A DNA stretch of 64,000 bases from Octopus vulgaris (Eukaryota): contig OX597834.1 of NCBI GenBank assembly GCA_951406725.2, positions 20,522,001 to 20,586,000 on the forward strand, given 5' to 3'. Positions 39,069 to 51,201 of the stretch are shown here, piece after piece (within the stretch, counting starts at the first letter, position 1; every line of letters starts with the position of its first letter). The notes under the pieces were generated by a model. That model saw nothing but the letters and a program-made list of their open reading frames with translations, made no database searches and was not told where the DNA came from. The translations under genes were made by a program, and so were the position numbers.

Positions 39069-40418
39069 GTGTATGTGTGTGTGAATGCATTTATATATAT
39101 GTGTGTGTATGTGTGTGTGTGCTTGTGTGTGTGTGTGAATGCATTTATATATATGTGTGTGTATGTGTGTGTGTGTGAATGCATTTATATATATGTGTGT
39201 GTATGTGTGTGTGTGTGCTTGTGTGTGTGTGTGTGAACGCATTTATATATATGTGTGTTTATGTGTGTGTCTGCATCTGAATGTTAATGTGTGTTTGTGT
39301 GCATGTGCACATGCACATTTGCATGTGCCTTTCTCGTGAAAGTGTGGATGAGTGCGTATGAGTATTAATGTGTGTGTGTGTTTGTGTGTGAGTGTGTGTT
39401 AAAGTGTATGCTCAATCATTGATATGTGTGTTTGTGTATCAGTGTATGTGTGTGAATGTGTGCACTTGTGTATGTGTTTGCATTTGTGTATGTGTGTGCA
39501 TTCATGTGTGCATACGTGTATGTGTGCATACGTGTATGTGTACATATGTGTATGTGTGCATACATGAATGTGTGCATACATGTATGTGTGCATGCTTCTG
39601 AATGTGACAGTGTTCATTTGTGTGGACCTGTATGTGAGTGAGTGTGTGTATGTGTGTGCATGTGAATATGTATGTATGTGTATATGCAAGTATGTGTGCG
39701 TAAGTGTGTGTGCATGTATGCATGTATGTATGTATGTGTGTGTATGTATGTAAGTGTGTGTGCATGTATGTATGTAAGTGTATGTGTGTGCATGTGAATA
39801 TGTATGTATGTGTATATGCAAGTATGTGTGTGTAAGTGTGTGTGCATGTATGTGCATGTATGCATGTAAGTGTATGTGCATGTATGTATGTATGTAAGTG
39901 TGTGTGTGCTAACATATACAAGCTTTCAGGGAAAGAACAATGCGAATTTGATTCCATCTCCCTCCCAAATCTCTCTCTCAAGACGGTTTGGTGCCACCAT
40001 TCCTCATTCTAAAACATTGTAGATTGGCACCGAACATATTTCTTTTGCTTTGCTTTGTGAATTCCATTCCTTTTGTCTTTCGTTTCTTCAAATGTTCTTT
40101 ATACGTTCGTTTTCACTTTAAAGTGCAGTGATATCGAATAAATTAACATTTACAGAGGAAAGAAGGGAAGGAGAAAGGAAGAAAGGGAATCAAGAAGGAA
40201 AATATATATACATGTGTGTATATATATATATATATATACATAAGTATGTATATATACATACATACATACATACGTTTATATATATATATATGTATACACA
40301 TATGCACATATGTATGTATATATACATACATACATATATATGTTTATATATATATATACATATGTATGTATATATACATACATACATATATATGTTTATA
40401 TACATGTGTATATATATA

Positions 40419-40457
<39 letters not shown>

Positions 40458-40901
40458 ATATACATACATACATATATATATGTTTGTATATATATATATA
40501 TATATATGCAAACACACACATACATATATATGGAACACGGATGTTAAATGATGATGATGATATACACAAACACACAAATACACACACATATATATGCGTA
40601 TGTGTGTATATATATATATATATATATCAATGTATACATATGCATAGAAAAAAAAAAAGCAAGACCGACGGCAACTCACAAAGAAATTCACAGAAATGGA
40701 AACAACTAGAAATACACACACATAACAAAAACAACAACAGCAACAACAACAACATTGCCTGTTTTGAAATGGTGACAATGCTTTGAAGGAATTGCAACAG
40801 AGTTTTATTAGTTTTACGAAAAATGGTAAATGTTAAAATATTGAAATGAGGAGAATTCTTATTGTGCATATTTACTGAAGTGTGTATGTTTGTTGATATA
40901 G

Positions 40902-40959
<58 letters not shown>

Positions 40960-42357
40960 GAGTGCATGTATGCATGTCTTTAGGCATGCATGCAGGCATA
41001 TTATATGCATGCATATGTGAGCATATATATATATGTATGTATGCATGTGTATGTGTGTGTGTATATGTATATATATATATATATATATATTATGCATATC
41101 TATACATGTTTGCATTGTATATGTATATAAATAAATATAAATATATTTTTATGTGTGTATGTATGTATGTGTGTACATGTGTTTGTATATATGTATGTAC
41201 AAATATGTGTTTTATGTATATATATATGTATAATTTTGCATGCATATATATATATGTGCGCATGTGTGTCCTCATATCCATGTATATATGTATCTATATA
41301 TATGTATCTATATATATCTGTATGTGTATATGTACTTATGTAAATGTATATATATAGTTATATAAATAGATATACATGTGTGTATATATATATAATAATC
41401 ATTATAATTGATCGTTAAAGTATATATATATATATGTATGTATGTGAATGTATGCATGTATATGTATGTATATATATATATATGAATGTTCATACACGTC
41501 TATACTTCTAATGCACCCACACATGCATTGGTGTGCATGATGCACCGGCAGGTTTATCAATCTACAATTAATATCTGCAAGTGGCAGCTTTTGAGCAATT
41601 TGACAGCCTTAAAACAGACAAGCTCCATCAGCAACGACATTTAATTTTCTTTTATGCCAAATGATGTGTACTTTAGCAGCACTGCTCCCAGCAGCCTCTC
41701 TCACAAAAATCTCCTACACCCATAAAATAGTGAACATTATGACTACCATATTTGTGGCTCCAAACCATTTTTTTTTTTTTTTGTTTTACCTATGAACCTC
41801 TTTGATTACGCTTTGATTCTTGTGGACCTCCATTGACATTTGATGTTTAAAAACTAGTTTCAGAATTCTTATTTTGCTTCCCATCCTTTCACTTTGGTAG
41901 GTTTGTAATTGGACCCTCTTAGGGAACATGTTTCAGTAGCCAGAAACTTATTAAATTATGTAAAATATTAGAGAAAGAAACGGGGCTGTTTCTTGCATCA
42001 GATACATCTAAAGCAAAATTTTTTCATTAACACCCAAAATACAACCTTGGATCCCTAATTTTTTGTTCTGCTTTTATGAACCCCACAAAAACTTATATGG
42101 ACCTCCAGGGGTCATGCAAACCCTGGTTGAGAACCATTGCTCTATATGAAGGACTTGGACCTCTCTATTTCCTCTGTGAGATTGTTTTCTACTTCACAAT
42201 GCTGACCTGAAGTGCTTTCTTTCTGAACACTATTTCACTTCATAGTAGCTATCTCATTAGTGATATCCTACTTTGTAATTACCTAAATCTACTTTCTTTC
42301 TTGAAGATAAGCTTTTTATGAGTTTTTGAAAGAGCAAAAATATATAGATATATATAC

Positions 42358-42454
<97 letters not shown>

Positions 42455-43775
42455 GTCCTAAGATGTGCTTATATGAAGGATATTTCAATGATAACTTGTA
42501 TGGTAAGAGAGTATTGTTAGGAATTTCAAGGCAAGAAATATTTTTGTATATAAAAAAAAAACTGTAGCCCAACAATACCTCCACCACCACCAACAACAAT
42601 AGTAATTGTATCTTACTCTTCTGATTGTGTATTCACCTTCTCAGTTCAAATGTCACCAAGGTTGACTTTGCCATTCATCCTTTCAAGATTGATAAAGTAA
42701 GTCCCCGTTAATCATCAGGGTTGATATAATTGACAAGTCCCCTCCCCCAGAATCCCTTGCCTTGCATCTTTAGTAGAAAGGGTTGTTGTTCATGTATTTT
42801 CCATTGTATACAGTGATGTTTCTATCTCTCAGGAAAAAGTCATTCCTTGTTTCTTGTGAAATAATTAGATTCCGTTGAGGAACTGAATATCGTCTCTCTT
42901 TTGGTTTCTGATTGTCTGTAAAAACGCTTTTGTTTAAAAATTTTAAAATACTTGGCACCATTTCGTCTGTTTATGAATTGCCAGATAAGAAATTATCTTT
43001 CTTCACAAATTAAAGTCTTTTTTCCTGAAATCTTTTACCGTTTACCTTTTACCTGTCTCACTTAATGTATATGTGTTCAATGCTTGTGTCTGTGTGTGTG
43101 TAAGTCTGTGTATTTATTCTTGTGTGTGTGTGTGTGTGTGTATTTCTTACTGTCCCTTTGCTTTAACGTCACATGATGAGGAGTCATAAACGAGTATCAC
43201 TGTCATAAATGCAAGGCCCTTTATTTCCAGTTTTCCCTACAAATATGTATGGTCACAGGGAACAACTACCTAAATTGCAAAGCTAAACAAATAACAGAGA
43301 ATGATATAAGAAACAGACAAACTCTGTATATAAACACACACACACACACGATTAAGTCTGAAAAAGAAGTCATTTTTAAGTTTCAGAAATTGTGAAAAAT
43401 ATTAGATAAAATAAAACATAATAAAACTCTAGACGAAGAGAAAAACCAGACACGTTAAGCTTTCTTATCCTTTTGACAGATAAATTTTTCACGTATATTT
43501 ATATTGTGCCATGATTTTATGGGTACCCTGTATCTATATATATATTTGTAATAACAAAGGGTAAAATTAATTAATTAAGAAGTAATCAATAATTTCACCA
43601 AGTAGAATTCAGCATGAAAAAGGACCATTTCACGGTAAACTTAAGTAATACTTTATAATTAGGGTTCAGCAAAGATTTGCTTTACCACATACCGAAATTT
43701 AGAAATAGCAGCCAAAAAACCTTAGCTATTTCTTCTACTTTAAAAAGGGACTCCAAGTATATATTTATACATATA

Positions 43776-44167
43776 TCAAATATGATTAGGAGAAATGTGT
43801 GGGGTGAAGCTGTCCGATAAGGATTTGATGGGAATATTTAGGGTTGGAGGAATCGGTGGAATGGTTGGCAATGAATGGGGTGAGGTGGTATGGGCATGTG
43901 CTGAGGAGGGATGAAGAGCATGTTCTGAGGAGAGTGATTGCATTTGAGGTAAATGGAGTGCCAAAGGAAGGTAGACAGAGGAAAAGGTGGAGAGGACAGG
44001 TGGAGGAGGAGATTGGGAGGGTTGGTTTGGGAAAGGAGGACGCCCAAAACCAATCAAGATGGCGAGATGGTGTGAGGGTGGTTGCTGTGGCATTGAGGTA
44101 GATCCAGCTACACCTGCTAATGGGGACAAAAGCCAGATTTAAAACACTGGATGATGATGATGATGAT
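43776..44167 (+). mobile_element. RTE-clade LINE 3' fragment (ORF C-terminus plus (GAT)n tail)
   Basis: ORF 43844-44101 reads VRWYGHVLRRDEEHVLRRVIAFEVNG..GRQRKRW..GLGKEDAQNQSRWR, the typical RTE post-RT motif. Ends CTGGATGATGATGAT. Confidence 0.88.
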
Positions 44168-44244
44168 TTAGTTGAATTAGGTACTTAAATTGAGGGATCA
44201 AGCCAGTTCAGTTTCATCCATATAGCTCCAAGTTAGGTGGACAA

Positions 44245-44548
44245 AATATAAATAACAAGAATGTCCAGGTATCAATACATTACAATTGTTTCAAGTGGGT
44301 CCATTTAATCGATCAATGAAAACATTGCATCCATTTGAAAGAAACCACCCTCCTCAGTTGTAGATGACCATACAGATTTCCAACATAAAGGATAAACTGT
44401 TTTTAATAAATTTATATCAGTACAAGAAACCAAAATATTTACATTGTTTCCTTCAGTTATACTTGTGGTGGAATGAATTGAGAGGATAATGGAGCCACTC
44501 GAAACAGCTGTAAAGTATTGATACCTGGACATCTTTGTTACTTATATA
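44245..44548. mobile_element. Penelope-like remnant with ~60-bp imperfect terminal inverted repeats
   Basis: ATGTCCAGGTATCAATAC-ATTACAATTGTTTCAAGTGG (44261-44298) mirrors CCACTCGAAACAGCTGTAAA-GTATTGATACCTGGACAT (44495-44532). Confidence 0.7.
44276..44362 (-). ncRNA. Minimal type-I hammerhead ribozyme-like motif, canonical core
   Basis: Minus strand: TACAA-CTGAGGA-GGGTGG-[46 nt]-CCACTT-GAAAC-AATT-GTA-ATGTA. Palindromic stem III ACAATTGT. Confidence 0.65.
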
Positions 44549-44604
44549 CTTATATATATATATATATATATATATTAGAAGGTTTGGAGGTGATGTACAG
44601 GTAT

Positions 44605-44800
44605 TATATATTAGAAAAAATAAGGTACTCAGAAATCTGGAAGGTTTTACATTTACAGATTTTTATTAATATGTCACATGTTTTTATAAATCATATATTA
44701 GCACTAATATATGATTTATAAGAACATGTGACATATTAATCAAAATCTGTAAATGTACAACCTTCCAGATTTCTGAGTACCTTATTTTTTCTAATATATA
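44605..44800. repeat. Near-perfect 196-bp palindrome (97-bp arms, 3 mismatches, 2-nt centre)
   Basis: 44605-44701 is the reverse complement of 44704-44800 except at three positions. Confidence 0.95.
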
Positions 44801-44849
44801 TATATGGAGATAGATAGATAGATAGATAGATAGATATACACACACATAT

Positions 44850-45015
44850 GTCATGGGTCTTTTTTCAGTTTCCTTCTACCAAATCTACTCTCAAGGTTTT
44901 AGTAGGCCCAAGGCTATAGTAGAAGACACTTACCCTGAGTTGCCAGGCAGTGGGACAGAACACAAAACCAGGTAGTTGGCAAGCAAGCTTCTTACCACAC
45001 AGCCACACCTGCACC
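44850..45015 (-). mobile_element. SINE family A, 5' half
   Basis: CTTCTTACCACACAGCCAC head in reverse orientation. Confidence 0.8.
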
Positions 45016-45317
45016 ACATCATGCAAAATATCCTTAGTTTTGTTTTTTTTAAAAAATAGACAGACCATGATATGAAAGAAATGTAGCTCTTGTTTCTAGC
45101 AACCATGTAGATGCTCTGTGTGATGTGGCACTGGTCTCATAGTGATCAGCCATTCCTTTACAGTGTCTGCTGAAGGAATTCTTAATTCTTGCAGTCATTA
45201 TACCATTTTAAAATTCTTCACTGGGCTCTTCATAAATTATTCAAAAGTATCTTCTTCCTTGTTACAGATTCTAATTTTTACTTGTGCAAATGATAGCAAG
45301 TAGACAGCCAGCTAGCC

Positions 45318-45372
45318 TACCATTGCCACTGCTACTGCTGCTGCTACTACTACTACTACTACTGCTGCTGCT

Positions 45373-45404
<32 letters not shown>

Positions 45405-45970
45405 CACTACCACTACTGCTACCACTACCACTACTACTACTACTACTATTACTACTAATTCCACTGCTACTTTTACCATCACCACTGCCAACCCTACCAC
45501 TATGACAACGTCTACTACCACAACCACTACCAACACCACACTCACCATAACCACCACCTCCACTACCAACACCATCACTACCACCGTCACCACTACCACC
45601 AATACCATCACAACTACCACCATAACCACCACCACCACAACCACAGACACCACCGCAACCACAACCATCACCACCACAAACATCACCACCACAAACACTA
45701 CCACCACAACCAGCACCATAACCACCACAACAATCACCACCATCACTACAACCATCATGACCACCACCACTTTCACCACCACAACTGCAACCACCACCAT
45801 TACCATCACTACTATTATCACCACAACCACCAACACCACTGTCACTACCACTACAACCACAACCACCACCACTACCACAACCATAACCATTAACACCACC
45901 ACCACAACCACTATCACCACCACCGCCACTACAGCCATCAAGACCACCACCACCACAACAACAACAACAA
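45318..45970. repeat. Degenerate (CTA)/(ACC) trinucleotide tract
   Basis: Explains the poly-Thr/Val/Leu ORFs. Confidence 0.9.
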
Positions 45971-46447
45971 TGAGAGAGAGAGAGAGCAAGATGTGAGCCA
46001 TAATTACTCTGGCCTCATAAAGTTGCCTCTTTGACTGTCATTAAACTCCAAATTGACCTCCCGTTTTCGGTTTTGATTCATATGAAAAGACCGGTCATCA
46101 ATAATGACTGTTCCTGGGTAGGATGACCTGCGTTTGATTTATGAATCATAGTGAACAGGAGCCCCTTTACTCCACGTCCGCATAGACACTATTACAGGCA
46201 CATACCCACACCAAAGACATACGCTTGTTTTGTATTTGAAAAGGAACTAGCAGGATGAAGGGACCTCGGAATTGTTATTTGAGTGTGTGTTTGTGCATGT
46301 GTGTAAGCTTGTGTGTGTGTTTTCACACAGATGCACACACAACACACACACATGTACACAAAGAAATGTAATTTATATGTACTTCCCCTGAACATACATA
46401 GACTCAGCTCTGTTCACGAACACACACACACATACATGCATGCATAA

Positions 46448-46500
<53 letters not shown>

Positions 46501-46503
46501 CGC

Positions 46504-46555
<52 letters not shown>

Positions 46556-47725
46556 ATATATATATGTATGTATATATATATATATAATATATACACAACC
46601 CATATAAGCATTATGTATATCATATATATACGCACATATATGTACATATATTTATATTTATTCACATCCATATATATACACACATATATATACCAATATA
46701 TACAAACATATACATATATATATACAAGTCTGTACATATATATACATATATATATATGTGTGTGTGCGTGTGCGCACATGTGTGTGTATATATATATATA
46801 GATATGCATACATATATAATATATACACACACACAAACATGCATTCATATATCCATATACACACATACATGCTTTTTTATATGAATGTGTGTGTATCATA
46901 TATCTACACACAAACATGTATACACATATATATTTATATATATATATACATATACATCTGCACATACATATACATACATTCGTTCATACAAGAGTACACA
47001 CACACGTTTATATATATATATATATATATATATACACAAGCATACGTGTGTGTGTGTGTGTGTGTGCATGCATGGGTGTGTGCATGTGTGTGTGCATGTG
47101 TGTGTGTGCCAAACATCAGAAGGTTCAGCCACAAAAATATGAAAGCATCACCAGACAATAATGAATAAAGCTAAGAAGGGGAAACTGTCCTTTACTTGCA
47201 TGTAACACCAAAGGAAGAACACACACACACACATACACACATACACACACACACACAGTCACACGTTCACTTGTTGCATGTGTGATCATTTTATTTTATT
47301 TTATTTGGTATAAATGCAATTATTTGCATGGAAACACTGGCTTATTTAAATTGTTCTTAAATTACTTCCTCCAGGTTGTCATTCGAAGAGGAATCAATTT
47401 TCGGTGAATTCTTTCTACAAAGAGATTCTTTAGATTTTTATCAATTCCTTCCGGTGTTGAAATTCTTTGTTGTTTGAGTTTTTATTGAATTTTGATCTGT
47501 TAATAATGGCTGTGTGGTTAAGAAGTTTGCTCACCAACTAAAGAGTTTCTAGTTCAGGTCCACTGTGAAACACATCATACAAGTGCCTTCTATTATATCC
47601 AACTGAATCAACCAAAGTCTGTGAGTAGATTTGGTAGGAGGAGATATGTAGACACATAGTTACTCTTTTATTCTTATACTTGTTTCAGTTATTTGATTGT
47701 GGCCATGCTGGAGCACCGCCTTTAG

Positions 47726-48098
47726 TCGAACAAATCAACCCCAGTACTTATTCTTTGTAAGCCTAGTACTTATTCAGTGTGGTACCTCCTGAAAGAATAC
47801 AAAAACAATGTTGATCTTGGTAGGATTTGAACCTAGGACTCAGAGAATCAGAACAAATGCTGCAAAGCACTCTATCCAGTACCACAATTCAACTCTTCCA
47901 TTTCACCATCATCGAGCAAATCGACCCTAGTACTTATTCTTTGTAAGCCTAGTACTTATTCAGTGTGGTACCTCCTGAAAGAATACAAAAACAATTTTGA
48001 TCTTGGTAGGATTTGAACCTAGAACTCTGAGAATCAGAACAAATGTTGCAAAGCACTCTATCCAGTACCACAATTTAACTCTTCCATTTCACCATCAT
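47726..48098. repeat. Tandem duplication with 186-bp period of a chimeric SINE junction
   Basis: AGTACTTATTCTTTGTAAGCC starts at 47743 and 47929; the copies are nearly identical. Confidence 0.9.
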
Positions 48099-48179
48099 CA
48101 AAAATCACAAAGGATGTAAAATTGGCTTCAAATTTTGTTAGAAGGTTAACAATTTCTAGGGTAAGGCAAGTCAGTTACA

Positions 48180-48391
48180 TTAACCCTTTCATTACTGTAT
48201 TTGAGATGCTCCGTTTCTCTCAATTAATTTTAAATATAATGAAGTATTTAGTAATATTACTTAGTTATCATTAAGCTAGTGTTAGGAATATAAATTGTGA
48301 CTAAGTTTTGGTGGAAGATTTCAATTCAAAACTTATGAAAACAAGACAGAGCCAGAGGTGGTTTCAGCCGGGTTGGTATCGAAAGGGTTAA
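48180..48391. mobile_element. piggyBac-type MITE with TTAA target duplication, nested in a family-B SINE (48121-48540, -)
   Basis: TTAA-CCCTTTC ... GAAAGGG-TTAA; the SINE sequence continues on both sides. Confidence 0.88.
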
Positions 48392-48977
48392 TCCCTCTGC
48401 TTGGTTAATATATGTTTTGTTGACCTTGAAAGGACAAAGAGCAAAGTTGACTCTGGCAGCATTTGAACTCGCAACATAAAGATGGATAAAATGCCACTAA
48501 GCATTTTACCCACTGTGCCAATGATTCTATCAGAATCATTAGCCTTATAAGTGTGTTGTAAAATTAAATTCAAATTTGATAATTTTTTTTTCACAAATAT
48601 TCCACTACAATGTTCATTTCACTTCTGTGACAGCTCTGTGTTACAATTAGACTTCTGGTGTGTCATGTGATAGCATATATAATTGCATTTTTATCAATGT
48701 CATTAATTTTGTGCTTCATGTCACTAACAAAAACCAATTAAGGTGTCAAGGAAAAATTAAATTTTTGGAAGTGTGGCGCCAGAGTTAAAAATTTTGATCT
48801 AATCTTTTTGATCTGAGAGGTGAATATTTATTGTTTATTATCAAAGAATTTCATTTTATTTCATTTGTCATTTTTTTTCTTGTGTCACCATGTTTATGAA
48901 TAATATCCTCAATAAACAATATGAAATGCAAAAAAATTGCAAAAAATATAATTATATAATTCCATAATGAGTGCAGA

Positions 48978-49401
48978 CAGTGCTGGAGAATTCAGGAAAT
49001 TTGAAATTTGTTTTCAAAATCATGTGGTACCATATTTGTTCCTCTTGCTCTATCTTGGGTAAGCGTCTTTGAGGAATAGCTACATAGCTTCTGAGTGGTA
49101 TTTGGTAGACAGGAGCATATGGCGTAGTGGTCAAGAGCACGGGCTGCTAACCCCAAGATTCCAAGTTCGATTCTAAGCAGTGACCTGAACAATAATAATA
49201 ATAATAATAATAATAATAAGAATAATAATATCGAAAAATGTCTTAGGAATGAGAACCCAGGTTTGAAATTTCCCCAAGACACTTGAAGAAGGCTGGAGAG
49301 TATATCAGCTGAAACGTGTTAACAACAAACAAGATGAGGACAAATATCCGTCGAATGTAAATAATGTACATAATTCCTCATCTCTTAAATATAGAACTGT
49401 A
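48978..49401 (+). mobile_element. Composite repeat: CAGT..ACTG ends, internal tRNA-like head, (AAT)n, hammerhead-like core
   Basis: A box TGGCGTAGTGG 49120-49130, arm GGG-CTGCTAA-CCC, B box GTTCGATTC 49165-49173. TTGAAGA-A-GGCTG/CAGCT-GAAAC at 49283-49315. Confidence 0.6.
49113..49186 (+). pseudogene. tRNA-like sequence (GCT anticodon), pseudo-tRNA / SINE head
   Basis: A and B boxes and anticodon loop present; acceptor and T stems poorly paired; no long Ser variable arm. Confidence 0.6.
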
Positions 49402-49789
49402 TTAAGATAATCTGAATTCTAAAGGGTTAAATCTTCTCATGTTTATTAAAATGTCGAAGTAATACGGTACACATAGGTGATGGAATACGCGGAAATAAAG
49501 TTAAATAAAGGGAGGAGGTGGTCTTCCTTTTAATTTTGTAAACAAAATACCAAAAAAATAGAATGGTTTCTGAAAACAGATTTTGGGAAAAATATTCCAA
49601 ATAGGTGAGAATTTACAACATTAGATATCTGAGAAGGATTTAATTAATTTCTTTGTGGATTCAAATGTAATAAATTTACGATTTTCTTTCTGCTTTTGTT
49701 TGTGTGTCAGATTTGTGTTTGTAACAAGTTGGAGATATTGCAATATTGATGGTGGTGGTGGTAGTGGTGGGGAGATAACGGTAGTGGTG

Positions 49790-50370
49790 GCAGTGGTAGC
49801 AGTAGTGACAATGGTGGTAGCAGCAGTGGTTAGGGTGATGTCAGTGGTAGTGGTGCAGGCTTTGGCAGTGATGGCAGTGAAGAGGGTGGTGGTGGTGGTG
49901 GTGGGTGTGGTAGTAATAGTGACAATGGTGGTAGCAGCAGTGGTTAGGGTGATGTCAGTGGTAGTGGTGCAGGCTTTGGCAGTGATGGTAGTGAAGAGGA
50001 TGGTGGTGGTGGTGGGTGTGGTAGTAATAGTGACAATGGTGGTAGCAGCAGTGGTTAGGGTGATGTCAGTGGTAGTGGTGCAGGCTTTGGCAGTGATGGT
50101 AGTGAAGAGGATGGTGGTGGTGGTGGGAGTGGTAGCAATAGTGACAATGGTGGTAGCAGCAGTGGTTAGGGTGATGACAGTGGTAGTGGTGCAGGCTTTG
50201 GTGGTGATGATAGTGAAGAGGATGGTGGTGGTGGTGGTGGTGGTGGTGTTGGTGGGAGTGGTAGCAATAGTGACAATGGTGGTAGCAGCAGTGGTTAGGG
50301 TGATGTCAGTGGTAGTGGTGCAGGCTTTGGCGGTGATGGTAGTGAAGAAGATGGTGGTGGTGGTGGTTGG
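49790..50370. repeat. G-rich minisatellite, 5 units (periods 114, 111, 111, 129 bp)
   Basis: GTGACAATGG starts at 49805, 49919, 50030, 50141 and 50270. Confidence 0.93.
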
Positions 50371-50958
50371 AGCTTATAACAATGGTAGTATTCGCAGTGG
50401 TGGTGGTGATAGTGGTGGTGATGGTGGTGGCAGCAGCAATGATGCTGATCACGGCAGTGTTGATTATGATGATGAGGATGATGATTATGGTGATGGTGGT
50501 GGTGGTGGTGGTGATACCAATGGCGACACTAACAACAACAACAATGACAACGAGTTGATGTTATTTGATTTACTCAACTAGGAGCAGTTTACAATTAAAC
50601 GATGTACATACGTTCACAGTGACCTGTTAAAAATGAAATAAATAAATACATAAACCAATCAATAAATAAATAAATAAAAATAAGGGATAGTTTAATAGGA
50701 AAATTGTTCATAATATTCAGAAGTTGGATGCAAAAAGTGTTTGCGTTATATTTCGAAAATATCTCCTTACAGTCTCTTGAAAAGTGAGAAAACAACAATA
50801 ATAGTGTTGGACAAAGAAGAAGTTCTTAGATAGAAATTCCAGAAAATTGAATTGGTTCTTTGATTACCACATTTTCAGCTTCTGATTTCAAATTTAATTT
50901 AGTTGCAACCAGAGATAGTGAAACGTCTCCTTTAAAATGGGTTTGCTTCCTGGCATAG

Positions 50959-50995
<37 letters not shown>

Positions 50996-51169
50996 CATGT
51001 CATTTGCTGTTGCAAAGCATGAAAAAGATAGAGTTGGTGTTTTTTTTAAGAGGGATGTGAAAAATTTATCAAATGATGTCGCATGTTTAAATAACTGTAT
51101 ACGATATATACATACACGCACAAACATACAATGAGTTGATTTATAAACACCATAAAATATACATGTGTA

Positions 51170-51200
<31 letters not shown>

Positions 51201-51201
<1 letters not shown>

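Noticed and set aside
39980-40040. Pre-miRNA
   Set aside because: Only 11 bp of stem; no match to conserved bilaterian miRNAs that I can recall.
42770-42961. Minus-strand ORF with RRYSVP motif after TTTTTACAG
   Set aside because: No convincing donor and no recognisable homology.
45284-45996. Mucin-like poly-Thr ORF with upstream acceptor at 45267
   Set aside because: Decayed ACC/CTA repeat open on both strands; no Pro/Ser pattern, signal peptide or domain.
49113-49186. Functional tRNA-Ser(GCT) gene
   Set aside because: Acceptor and T stems do not pair, no long variable arm, no oligo-T terminator.
49655-50581. 308-aa Val-rich ORF as a membrane protein
   Set aside because: Arises from a GGT-based minisatellite with a GTG start; no supporting gene structure.
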